Origin: Octopus sinensis
Taxonomy: Eukaryota
NCBI RefSeq assembly: GCF_006345805.1
Contig: NW_021833303.1
Location: 1-64,000, forward strand
Direction of reading: 5' to 3'
DNA: 64,000 nt
Shown here one piece after another: positions 1 to 12,367 of this stretch; positions within the stretch are counted from its first letter, which is position 1; each line of letters starts with the position of its first letter. A program made the translations under genes and the position numbers. Below the pieces are notes generated by a model. That model did not search any database, was not told where the DNA came from, and saw nothing but the letters and a program-made list of their open reading frames with translations.

Positions 1-345
1 GGTGGTGAGGTGGTGTGGTGCTGGTGTGGTGCTGGTGGTGGTGCTGGTTGTGGTGGTGATTGTGGTGGTGGTGGTGATAGTGATGCTGGTGCTGGTGGTG
101 CTGGTGTTGATGGTGGTGGTAGTAGTGGTGGTGGTGGAAGTGCTGCTGCTTGTATTCATTGTCGTCGTGATGGTCATAGTGGTGATGGTGTTGGAGAGGG
201 CGGTGGTTGTGGTGTTAGCGGTAGCAGTGATGATCGTGGCTGTCGTGGTGGTCGTGGTGGTGTTGGTGATTATGTTTATGATGGAGGTGCAATACAAAAT
301 GTTTGTTTGTGGTGGTCGTGGTTGTACTTGTCGGTGAAGAAAGTG
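1..345. repeat. Degenerate (GGT)n low-complexity tract
   Basis: GGT/GTG triplets throughout; explains the poly-Val/Gly ORFs 2..337 and 10..390. Confidence 0.9.
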
Positions 346-456
346 GTAGCGGTGGTGTTTCTGTTGACTAATCTTAGATCAGTCCTATAATAAAACACCA
401 TTCCAGCCGTAGCCTTCCGTCTTACTCCCAGAAATAGTATATATATATATATATAT

Positions 457-507
<51 letters not shown>

Positions 508-623
508 AGCAAATAGCCTATGCTGTCATTCTGTTTTCTAAGACGGCAAGCAATGGTTTGGAAACATATGGCTGCTCTTTCTAGCGGACTAAGCCACAAC
601 GTAGAGGCTCCATTGCAGGTGGA

Positions 624-675
<52 letters not shown>

Positions 676-682
676 CGATGAC

Positions 683-743
<61 letters not shown>
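624..743. repeat. (ATG)n microsatellite
   Basis: About 40 near-perfect ATG units; source of the poly-Met/His/Ile ORFs. Confidence 0.97.
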
Positions 744-964
744 GGGAAAACAGTATTGGTTTCTGGCACTAAAGTTTGTAGCGGTAATGTTAAAGGTAGA
801 AGTGTTGATGAGGGTGGCGACAGCAACGGTGGAAATGGTTGTGATAGTGGGAATGGTGGTGGTGGTGGTGGTGATGGTGGTGGTGGTGGTGGTAGGGTCG
901 GGGTTCATGAAGCTGAAGGAGATCCCATTCATCAATTCTGTTCTTATGTAAATATATACTTAAA

Positions 965-1712
<748 letters not shown>

Positions 1713-2399
1713 GGACTTTTTAAAAAGTTTCCTACCGATGATGGTTATATTTCCATACCGAAATCTACCCGGAAATAATTGTTGATTTTGAAATTAATAA
1801 TTACTTACCCTTATATAATTAATATATATATATATACGAGCAAAACGCCCCCCCCCCGTCCAATGGACGGTGCTGAGTTGTCAAACATTTAAACCAAATT
1901 TTCTCAAAACAGCTTGTCCGACCGTCCCATAGGCCTCCCCTTTGAGAAACACTGATTTAACCTAAATTTGAGACACCAGCAAAAGAAGAAATAAAGATAC
2001 ACTTTTTTTTCTATTCCAAAGGAAAACGATTTTATTCACACAAATATGCAACCGAAGAGTTCAAAGTACCAGTAATGATAAGGCCGTTGACTTGGAGAAC
2101 ACAAACATGGTTTAAACAGTAAGCTTGGCAGGAAAGAAACGTGCCTTTAAGCAGAACAAAAACAACAAAAAATGGAAGGTGCAGTTATGTACAGGTTGAC
2201 AGAAGAAAAGCAGGACAAAAACAATGCATGCAAATGGGTTTTGATGAAAATATCTCTTTTGCATCTTACTTTTTTGGTCTCTTAAATATAGTCTCATAAA
2301 TATACTGCATTTTGTGGTATTATTTCAAGCCAGCCGGCTTTTTTTGCGCAAACTGCACGTGCATTTTTATTCGTGTACACGTAGTATAGATCGCAACAG

Positions 2400-2625
2400 C
2401 TGATGTACTTACGCGTACAAATGCACGTTCCCACAGCTTTATCGATCGCATTCTCACCTGGAATCTATTTTTGTAATTTTTTCAAGACTTATACACGCCC
2501 TGATACCGTCGGTATCTACATATCAAATTTGAGCGCAATCAGATGGAGGATGCCTGAGATCCTAGAAGACACACAGACAGACAGAACGGATTTTATATAA
2601 GAGATTAGGGTTATGACTTTCTTAT
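2400..2625 (+). mobile_element. 3' part of a Helitron-like (Lep1/HINE-type) non-autonomous element
   Basis: Ends ...gaagacacacagacagacagaacggattttatataagagat, the same 3' architecture as the element at 61092-61483; 5' end not identified. Confidence 0.45.
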
Positions 2626-2818
2626 TTCTTTAGAAGTAAACAATTTCCTGTATTAAAAGTCGATGAACAATTTCATATAAGTAGGGAAAATAATCTTTAT
2701 TTTAAGTTGTTGTTTTTTTTAAACCGTCACCACCCAACGGAAGAAATCTAATACCATTTTTTACCGAAATCATGCAAAATTCTAGCGGGTTTCATAATTC
2801 CTACTCAAGTTTTTACCA

Positions 2819-5142
2819 GGTGTGTTGACTTAATGCAATGCAGAATAAGTATATCGCAAATTTCAGCTTTCAAGTTTACGTAATTTAAAAGTTATAGAGT
2901 TTTTAATTTGTTACCATTTAGGCCCTGCTTTAGGAAATATCCTGTTCCTCTCTTTTTTATTTCTGTAACGCTAAAAACTCTGACTATATTAACTGTTTTT
3001 CAAAATAGTAGGCTTATCCAACTAGAGTATCTAAAACAATGTCTCATAAGAGAAGTGCTTGTGTCACTCAAAGATGCAAAAACATCTGGACGAAGAATCT
3101 CGCGCGATTTCAATATTCACAGGAAAAGAAGACCTGTTCCTCTAGAAGAGCATTCTTTGGAAAACAACTTCAGGATACCAATGAAACTTCAAATTGTCTG
3201 GCGCTACCTGTTCCTTGGAAGTAACACCAAAGGAAGGAAAGTAAGAGCAAAAGAAATTTCGAAATAAGTAACTTTTTTATGGCAAAAGAAATTAAATTTC
3301 CCATGTTTCTCAATTCGAAATGTACAAAAAAAAGTAGAAAAGTGCTGAATACCTACGATAAATGTGTAAAACGAGGAAAATACGATTCATTGAAAGGAAT
3401 TTTTGACAGCACAAAGGAAAACAATGAATGGTTGTGCAGTGAGGATAGAAAGTTTTATTATCTCCAAAAGAAGAAAAGTGTCCTTAATGCCAGCTTCAAC
3501 GAGAGCGTCTGAAACTGGGACCGAAAGGGAATATCAAGAGTCCGAAAAATCAGATAAAGAATCCACACAATCAAGGAAGAAGTACAGCAAAACTGGAATT
3601 GCAACCACTACCACCACCACCATCTCAACCACAACCAACAACCGAGCTTTGAACCCCAAAAGCAGCAACAGTTTGTCGACAATTATCTCAAGATGGAATC
3701 AATGTCGAAACTCCTTTGCAATCTGGTATTTACAGATTGACTATCAAAGAAGCTGTTAAACTAAAAAAGAAAACGAAGAAAACACTGTATTTAGAAAATT
3801 TGTCATTGCATTTTGTTGGTAAACTTCTTAATGACCAAGAATACCAAGTGCTAGTTTTAAAGGATGGACAGGGTGAAGTTAAGTTAGAAGTACTCCAATT
3901 AGCAGACGGAAAAGCCGATCCTGTTGTGAAAGGAATAACAGCTGTTTTAAATGGATACAATTTATGGAACTGTATAAAGATGATTGTCGCTGATACAATG
4001 AGTGTGAACACTGGGAAAAGAAATAGCATTGTCATACAGTTGCAAAGATTATTTGCTCAAAAGGGTTTGAAAGAACCGCAATTTATTGGTTGTCAGCATC
4101 ATGTCCTTGATAGAGATCTTCGTGTTGTAATGGATAACGAACTTGGAGGAAAAAAGTCATCTCCCAATATTGAATATACATTCATCCCATAGCTTCTAAG
4201 TAATTACGAGAAACTCCAGGCTAATTTCAACAATGGTGAAGAAAAGATTCCTGAATCAGCAGGATGGTGAGATGACATGAAATTTCTATTTCATTTTCGC
4301 CAGAGTTTTTCGTTTCTTTGAAGAAGCCGGCAAATTTCCTATTGTAAAGTTTTGAAAATACCCAACTTATGCAATGCAAGATGGAATTCTCGAGCAATAC
4401 TAGCTCCTTTGGCATTTATTCTTCTGCCAGAGAAAAGAGTTTTGCTTCTCAATGTTTGTCAGTAAATCCCAAATCTGTCGATTCATCTCTTACAGCTGAG
4501 CAGATTTGGGGTTTACAGACCAAATGTTCACTACACATGATTATCAGAAGTTATGTGGAAGCCTGCAAGTTCATGAAAAGAAGCATTGAACTCTGTAAAA
4601 AACTTTTGGAGTCAAGACCCATCAAAACTGGAAATTCCTAGAACAAATCAGAGTGCAGAAAGGGCAATCAAGTACCTTCAAGATCTTTATGACATTTGTA
4701 AAAAGAAGGAGAAACTTCAGCTTCGATTTATTTTATCTAATAAAACAGGTTAATTCTTTATGCTTAAAAATTTGCTAACATTCAGCACTCTTTTTCTTAT
4801 GCAGTTATTTAAAATTGGAATTAAACCTTTGAAGTTAAAAATATGTATTGTTTTTAATTTTGTATGTTATCAAATGCTTGTAGTGGCCTCTGTTATAAAA
4901 TAGCCTAGTTTTGAACCTTTGCATAGAGCAATTTCGATTCAGTAATCTTTAAAATGTATAAATACACTTTTATTCCACATCACTCTTGCGTTTACAAAGA
5001 CTTAAGCAGTGGAAATACTGAAGTGTGAATCTAATGCCACCTAGTGATTATAGTTTTAAAAGCCCATAACTCCGAAACTTCTTCAACTAGAAAGCTGAAA
5101 TTTCAGATAACTTCTTTCTGTATTGCATTGAGTCAGCACACC
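2819..5142 (+). mobile_element. Decayed hAT-superfamily DNA transposon (hATm-like)
   Basis: Imperfect ~87-bp inverted repeats at 2819-2905 and 5056-5142 (ggtgtgttgacttaatgcaatgcag... vs reverse complement ggtgtgctgactcaatgcaatacag...) enclose a transposase pseudogene. Confidence 0.8.
3039..4753 (+). pseudogene. hAT transposase pseudogene (stops and frameshifts)
   Basis: Motifs across frames: LSLHF(V)GK, ADTMSVNTG, IGCQHH (CxxH), NARWNSRA (hAT RW motif), NQSAERAIK (catalytic E), ending QLRFILSNKTG* at 4753. Confidence 0.82.
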
Positions 5143-5158
5143 ACTTACATACATACAT

Positions 5159-5197
<39 letters not shown>

Positions 5198-5247
5198 ACA
5201 CACACACACTTACGCACACACACATATATATTAGTAACAAATATATA

Positions 5248-5382
5248 CAGGTGTCAATTCATTACGGCCGTTTCAAGCGACTTCTATAATTGATTAATGA
5301 AGACATTTCTTTCAAATGATGTAATGTTTTCATTAATCTATTAAAGGAGTCGCTTGAAACGGCCGTAATGAATTGACACCTG
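5248..5382. mobile_element. Fold-back MITE, Tc1/mariner-like (TA flanks)
   Basis: Perfect 35-bp TIR CAGGTGTCAATTCATTACGGCCGTTTCAAGCGACT at 5248-5282 and 5348-5382, TA on both sides; the interior is also an imperfect palindrome. Confidence 0.85.
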
Positions 5383-5699
5383 TATATCCTTGTTACTCCT
5401 TTATATTTTATTCACCTAACTTGGAATCTACACTTCGGAAATACTATAGAAATAACCTTTATAAAAAGTACATGTCTGAATTACCAAGAGCGGATATCTT
5501 CACCTAGCTGGAATATCAGGTACAAACACCACTGCACGGAGTCTTAATATTCAATATTCAATTAATATCTTTTGGGTGTGCAGATTATACCAAGGTGCCT
5601 CAACTCAAGTACGCAATTCAACGGAATCTTAATTATATATAGAGAGAGAGAGACATACACACATTCTGAAATAATTTCTTGATCTTCGTTATCATCCTT

Positions 5700-5965
5700 G
5701 TACTCTTGTTCGTTAGCTTCGTCTCAGAGTGTCTCAGAGTGCCGAAAGAATATTGGAATAAGACTTTTTACAACTTTTTTTGCCCAAACCATTTTGAGTT
5801 GACCCTTACAAAAATAACAGCCACTTGTGTGGTCCCCTGGGCTCTCGCCAAACCATAGGAACTCCAAACAACAGGCCCTTTCATTTTCCTTCTGTCCAGT
5901 CACGAAGCATTTCCTCACAGTTATGACACATAACATGAGGGGCCCATTTTCCGTCTTGATCGTTA
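5700..5965 (-). pseudogene. N-terminal Zn-finger fragment of a Chapaev3-like transposase
   Basis: Minus-strand NDQDGKWAPHVMCHNCEEMLRDWTEGK*KGLLFGVPMVWREP then frameshift to DHTSGCYFC; matches the WAPH..C..C..W..PMVWREP..H...CYFC pattern as recalled for Chapaev3. Confidence 0.6.
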
Positions 5966-6375
5966 AGGGGGGCGTGGGGGCGTCGTGTGTGTGTACGCGC
6001 GTATAAATAACGTAGTCGGATCCAATCAATCGTGGTAAAACCAATTCGAAACCAACAAATGTTTCTTATGCGATGATTAAATCTGTGAGTGAAAGGAATG
6101 GACGATGGAGTCAAACACGGCAAATGTTAGGCCTAATAAGCAACATTGGTTGTTTTCGAATTGGTGTTGTCTATATACGTGTGTGTGTGTGCGCGCGTGT
6201 GTGTGCGCGTGTGCGCGCTAGTGAGCCTGCCAACAAACGACAACTAAATGTTGTTTCAACGTACTGTGAACTCAATACTAGGTGCCCAACCAATCCTGGC
6301 GCCCTATATGTTGATAGACCTAAATTCTAACGAATCCTTTAACTGATCTATGTGTGTCTCTATCACTTATATATA

Positions 6376-6406
<31 letters not shown>

Positions 6407-6459
6407 GCATATGTCTATATATAGATATGCATATACACACACACACATACACACATATA

Positions 6460-6515
<56 letters not shown>

Positions 6516-7676
6516 ATGTGTGTTTGTGTATATCAGTATATATGCGTATATGTTTATTACTTTTTTTACATGTAACGAGACACGGAGAGATTGAGCGGGA
6601 GACAGACAGACAGACAGAGCGAGAATAATTAGAATTGTTAGGAAAAGAAATTGGAAGTTTTAAGAGAAGGAAAAGATTAGGAAGCTATATGTCTTCGGAT
6701 ATTTAAGTGGAAAACTATAAAGTCTGCCACCATTTCCATAGAAGTTTGGAATTAAACATTTACAACCAAGGAAGAAAATAAAAATATTAACCCGCTGATA
6801 ACCTCTCACCGATTAACCCACGATCTGTTGACATGCTTTTAGTTTGGCCGACCTTATCGTTCGTTATTGCCATTCTTTCTGCTACCGTTGCTGTTGTTGA
6901 TGCTGCTGTTGTTGTTGTTGTTGTTGTTGTTGTTGGAGGTGATATCACTGACGTTGTTGCTTGCCGCTGCTATTAACGTCGCTTTTCAGAGCCCCTAATG
7001 CCATCCCAGTACCCCTTACACAACCTAATTGCACCTGTCAGTCTCCCTCTCCCAAGCTGTCTGTTATTCCCAAGACGTCCGTCCCCTTTTTTTCTATCCT
7101 GTCCCTATTACATCTCCATTCCAAAACCCTTAAACTTTATCTTATCACAAACACTACGCTTCTCATTTATTTCGTTTTGTTTCAGTTCTTTGTTAATGTT
7201 TTACACGGCGATTCTCCGACCTTTATTTCAAGTACGTCTTCAATATTTCCTTTTTTTTTGCCTTTTTTACTGATCCTTTTCCTTACATTTGAGAACTTTA
7301 CCACTTTTGTTATATAAGAAACTGCCCTACTTCTTACCCTAACGTATCACCCTTCCGATGGTTTCAGTTTTGCAAACTCTATCACATCTCGCATTCAAAA
7401 CACTTTCATTTCTCATTCTAATTAAGCCTGGCTTTCTAATATCACAAATTCCTAAATATTACACTACTTGACGCAATTTTTCGCCCATTCTCTCCCTCTC
7501 TCTCCGTCTCTCTTTCTCTTTCTCTTTCCTTTCGCTCTCTCTCTCTCTCTCTCTCTCACTCTATCTATCTATCTCTCTATTTCTCCTTCACTAATTTCTT
7601 TCTTTCTTCACCTATGTATTTGATCTCTGTTTCCCTCCATACTATCTCCTTTCCTCTTTAATATAAATACGAGTCA

Positions 7677-8150
7677 AGGAGACAAAGATGGCAGAATCGT
7701 TAGTACGTTGGGCAAGCTGCTTATCAGCATTTTATCCGTTTTTACATTTCTGAGTTCAAATTCCGCCGAGGTCAGCTTTACCTTTCATCCCTTCAGAGTC
7801 GATAAAATAAATACTTGATTCTTTACTACCCACAAGGGGCTAAACACAGAGGGGACAAACAAGGACAGACACACGGATTAAGTCGATTATATCGACCCCA
7901 GTGCGTAACTGGTACTTAATTTATCGACCCCGAAAGGATGAAAGGCAAAGTCGACTTCGGTGGAATTTGAACTCAGAACATAGCGGCAGACGAAATACTG
8001 CTAAGCATTTCGCCCAGCATGCTAACGTTTCTGCCAGCTCGCCGCCTTTAATAAATAAATAAAATAAATACCAGTTGCGCACTGGAGTCAATGTAATCTA
8101 CTTACCCTTTCACCTCGAACTTGCTGGCCTTGTGCTAAAATTTGAAACCA
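7677..8150 (+). mobile_element. Older octopus tRNA-SINE (family A) split by a younger antiparallel copy
   Basis: Head/body at 7677-7814 and tail at 8059-8150; B-box GAGTTCAAATTCC; 13-bp duplication ATAAAATAAATAC at 7802-7814 and 8059-8071. Confidence 0.75.
7815..8048 (-). mobile_element. Full-length family A SINE
   Basis: Reverse complement reads aaggcggcgagctggcagaaacgttagc...ctgagttcaaattcc...gtgggtagtaaagaa; A- and B-box-like motifs present. Confidence 0.9.
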
Positions 8151-8670
8151 ATATAAATTCGAGCTGCTTTCCAATTTGAGGGCTGAACCAAGACAGATGG
8201 CTCGATTGGCTGCCAAATGAACAGTCTTGAGAATCATTATTTGCGCTGAAGACGGCAAGATAGGAATCGATTGTTTGCATATTTTTGCTAAAACGTTCCG
8301 CCAGATTCGAATAGAAAAACGCTATTCACTGGTGCATGCGTCAAAGGAGAACAACTTTTCCTTTTTATGACAACAATACATTCATAGCACACTCGGCTCC
8401 TTGGTGCAAGGAATTCTGGGACAGTGGTGTTTTGCAAACAGATGCTGGTTATCCTTTCAGCACCATATTATGTTAAATTGAATTGATTTGGAAGAAGGTG
8501 CAACACCAATATGTCTACTGAGGTTGAAGTACTGGCGTGGTTAATGTGTCTCTTGAACATTTGTAAGACGACAGCCACAGAAAAATTATGGAAAGAGAGA
8601 CATTTTAGGAAGGATGAATTGGTAATAATGGTTTCAGTAAGCCCAGTGAAGACAATATGAATGGTAGAAC

Positions 8671-9540
8671 AAGGCGGCAGGATGGCAGAAACGTTAGCAC
8701 GCCGGGAGAAATGCTTAGCGGTTTTTCGTCTGCCGTTACGTTCTGAGTTCAAATTCCGCCGAGGTCGACTTTGCCTTTCATCCTTTCGGGGTCGATAAAT
8801 AAAGTACCAGTTACGCACTGGGGTCGATGTAATCGACTTAATCCCTTTGTCTGTCCTTGTTTATCCCCTCTATATTTAACCCTTTGTGGGCAAAAAAACG
8901 GCAGCGAGCTGGCAGAAACGTTAGCACGCCGGGCGAAATGCGTAGCCGTATTTCGTCTGCCACTACGTTCTGAGTTCAAATTCCACCGAAGTCGACTTTG
9001 CCTTTCATCCTTTCGAGGTCGATTAAATAAGTACCAGTTACGCACTGGGATCGATATAATCGACTTAATCCGTTTGTCTGTCCTTGATTGTCCTCTCTGT
9101 GTTTAGCCTCTTGTGGGTAGTAAAGAAATAGGTATTTCGTCTGCCGCTACGTTCGGAATTCAAATTCCAAGGTCGACTTTGCCTTTCATCCTTTAGGGAT
9201 TGATAAATTAAGTACCAGTTGTGTACTGGAGCCGATCAAATCGACTGCGACCCCCACCCCCACCACCACCCCCAAAAAAATTCGAGCCTTGTGCCTAGAG
9301 TAGAAAAGAATATATCTTTATTTTAAGGCAGCGAGCTGGCAGAAACGTTAGCATTCCGGGCGAAATGCTTAGCGGTATTTCGTTTGTCTTTATGTTCTGC
9401 GTTCAAATTCCGCCGAGGTCGACTTTGCCTTTCATCCTTCCGGGGTCGATAAAGTAAGTACCAGCTGCGTACTGGGTCGATCTAATCGACTGACACTCTC
9501 CCCCCAAATTTCGGGCTTTGTGCCTAGAGTAGAAAAGAAT
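8671..9540 (+). mobile_element. Head-to-tail array of four family A SINE units
   Basis: Units at about 8671-8897, 8899-9131, 9132-9310 (headless) and 9326-9540, with two different tail types. Confidence 0.9.
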
Positions 9541-9639
9541 ATGAATGGTCGAACGAGAAGAGTTGAGGGGGCGAGTGGACGTGGCAGGGGACCAGCCAGA
9601 AGAGGTTATAACTGTAAAAGAAGGAAAAGTAAGTAAATA

Positions 9640-9830
9640 ATTTCAAATTTTGTAGCAAGGCCGGCAATCTTAAAGAAATGGGGTAAATCAATTACGTTGA
9701 CCCCCAGTGTTCAAATGGTACTCATTTTATTGACCCCGAAAGGATGAAAGATAAAGTTGACCTCTGCAGAATACGAACCCAGAACGTAAAGAGCGGGAAG
9801 TAATGCCGCTAACAATTCTGCGCGGTAAGA
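9640..9830 (-). mobile_element. Degenerate family A SINE
   Basis: ttgaccccgaaaggatgaaagataaagttgacctctgcagaatacgaacccagaacg resembles the family A body. Confidence 0.7.
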
Positions 9831-9980
9831 ATTCTGCCGAAAAGCAAATAAACGAGAAAACAATTCGATGGACAAAAGGCAGGCGATTCTATGCCAATCT
9901 GACCTCAGTCGGTTGACCTTTTGTGCTGGTGAGGAATATCAGCTAAGGTACATATGACTGTAACTCCAAAGTTAAGGCGG

Positions 9981-10336
9981 TCAAGCCCAGTCAAACCCAG
10001 TCAAACCAAGTCAAACCAAGTCAAACCAAGTCGAACCCAGTCAAACCCAGTCAAACCAAGTCAAACCCAGTCAAACCCAGTCAAACCAAGTCAAACCAAG
10101 TTGAACCCAGTCAAACCCAATCAAACCAAGTCAAACCAAGTCAAACCCAGTCAAACCAAGTCAAACCAAGTTGAACCAAGTCAAACCCAGTCAAACCCAA
10201 TCAAACCAAGTCAAACCAAGTCAAACTAAGTCGAACCCAATCAAACCCAATCAAACCCAATCAAACCAAGTCAAACCAAGTCAAACCAAGTTGAACCCAG
10301 TCAAACCCAGTCAAACCCAATCAAACCAAATCAAAC
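9981..10336. repeat. Decamer minisatellite (TCAAACCMAG)n, ~35 units
   Basis: Exact 10-bp phase maintained with no indels. Confidence 0.95.
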
Positions 10337-10724
10337 TATGCTTTCGGCGATCGACCAGAGACGCGGCAAGGAAATTCTTTGAAGGAAATTCATTACTTTT
10401 TTGTTTTACAGCAGTGGTAGCCATTATAGTCCAGAGTCTTCTGCATCGATGCGATTTTGAAAATATTTTGCCTTTTAAGTGGAGTCTACCGTGACACAAA
10501 AATTCTTGTGTAACCAAATATAATGGACTCGTGCTTCTTTTCCATGAGATTTCTTTCTTCTTCACTCATATTTAGCTTAATTGCATTTCTCCTCCACAAC
10601 ATGACGGAATGTCAACCAAACCAAAAAGGTAGAAAACTATGAACTCATCAGATGTTATAAGATTGTATTCAAGCACAGAAATCTTAACCCAGTCACCCGA
10701 CTCGTTGGTAATAGCAACCACTGA

Positions 10725-11003
10725 AAGCGCTTGGTTTAGGGGTTAGGGGTATTCGGTTGATGATGAGTTCGATTCCTGGAGGCGCTGTGTTCCAGTCTAC
10801 TCAGGTGGCAAAAATGAGTTGTACTTGTAATTCAAAAGGGCCAGCCTTGTCTTATTCAGTACCGTGCTGACTTTCCCTGAGGACTACGTTAAGGGCACAC
10901 GTGTCTGTGGAGTGCTCGGCCACTTGCACGTTAATTCCACGAGCAGATTGTTCCGTTGATCGAATCATCTAGAACACTGGTCGTCGTAACGAACAGAGTG
11001 CCA
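10725..11003 (+). mobile_element. Degenerate tRNA-SINE sharing the family B tail
   Basis: gagttcgattcc B-box, then aagggccagccttgtc...gtctgtggagtgctcggccacttgcacgtt...gtcgtcgtaac. Confidence 0.75.
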
Positions 11004-11459
11004 GTTTTAATAGCAGCAAAATCGCGTCCAAATCGCATTCGTATTTAGAAAGAAAAAAACTTGGACACATTGAATAAAATGACAGAATGGTGATGACTGG
11101 GACATCTATGACCATAAGTCCGATTGATCAAGCTTAAAAGAGAGACTGAAATATCTCTGAAGTTGATTGAAGTGTTAGAGATAGCGGAGGTGAATTCCAG
11201 TGAGGAGTGGAAATTTCTGACGAACAATATCAAAAGTGAGGGTTTGTTCTCAGGCACGGGTGGAAGCGAAACAGTCATCTCTGTGTAACAGCCGTTTAAC
11301 TCAGTAGACTGGAGAAAAATTCGACTCCAGAATGGCCGGTTAACAACCTATCGCAAGTGAGATCCTTCTTCGATAAGAACCGGACGTGAAATTCTATGAT
11401 TGTAATTACCATGGAAAGACTGGAATTGTTCAGTTTGACATTAAAAGATTAAATATTCT

Positions 11460-11675
11460 TTTCTATTATAGGTCCAAGGGCTATATTTTTTGGAGTGGGG
11501 GAGCAAGTCGATTAGTTTGACCCCTGTGCTCAACCGGAACTTATTATATCGATCCAGAAAAGGCTGAAAGGCAAAGTTAACCGCGGCAGAAATTGAACTC
11601 AGAATCTAAAAAAGAACGAAATATTGCGAAGCATTTTGTTCGACGCGCTAATGAAGCTGCCAACTTGCCGCCTTA
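11460..11675 (-). mobile_element. Degenerate family A SINE
   Basis: aaggctgaaaggcaaagttaaccgcggcagaaattgaactcagaa. Confidence 0.7.
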
Positions 11676-11853
11676 CGGTTAAATACCAGGAATAATTATG
11701 GTAATAATCCGATCTAAGCAACAACATTAACCAATGATAAATTGCCAGCTTGTATATTATGTATATAATATATATGTATATATGTATATATGTATATATA
11801 GAAATAATACATTTCTAAATCTCTCAGAGATTTATACAGTGGCAGCACAATAA

Positions 11854-12298
11854 AGTGGTGGCATGCTGTCAACTTAATGTCACATTCCCAGGAAAGGGAA
11901 TAATACTGCTGTTATTTAGCCCTAGGAAGCACCGCTTACTGTCGGCCTTGACACATTTCCTGTGTCCTTATGTTTACAAAGGGGAAGATAAGCACCTCCA
12001 CCCAGCAAAGCCAGCATCCATAGACTAGTTTCTGACTCATTGCTCGTCATCAGTCTGGGGTAGTATGACTTGCTATAGCTGTCGATGTCTATCTGCCTTT
12101 GACGAGCAATGACTCAGAAACTAGTCTCTGGACGCTGGCTTAGCTGGGTGGAGGTGTTTATCTCCCCCTTTGTAAACATAAGGACACAGGAAATGTGTCA
12201 AGGCCAACAGGAAACGGTGCTGTTTCCTAGGGCTAAATAGCAGTAGTATTATTCCCTTTCATGGGACTGTCACATTAAGTTGACAACATACCACCACT
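11854..12298. mobile_element. Fold-back pair of Penelope-like pLTRs (family P4)
   Basis: Arms 11854-12049 and 12100-12298 are inverted copies (roughly 85-90% identical by eye) with a ~50-bp spacer; hammerhead motif at the inner end. Confidence 0.7.
12018..12058 (-). ncRNA. Minimal type I hammerhead ribozyme motif
   Basis: Minus strand: CCAGA-CTGATGA-c-gagcaatgagtc-a-GAAAC-TA-GTC-tatgg. The other arm has stem II gag/ctc and stem I partner tctgg but lacks CTGA. Stem III palindrome ACTAGT. Confidence 0.65.
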
Positions 12299-12367
12299 GT
12301 ACATATTATACATATAAACGTGTGTGTGCGTGTGTGTGATGTATATTATGTACATTGACACAATAAA

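Noticed and set aside
1841-1954. hAT/Charlie-like end (tttgagaaacactg)
   Set aside because: No matching left terminus found; too short to call.
6041-6164. 24-bp imperfect inverted repeat next to the Chapaev-like fragment
   Set aside because: Short and probably TE-internal; no clear termini.
9954-10494. S/Q/T/K/P repeat protein ORFs
   Set aside because: Translation of the decamer satellite.
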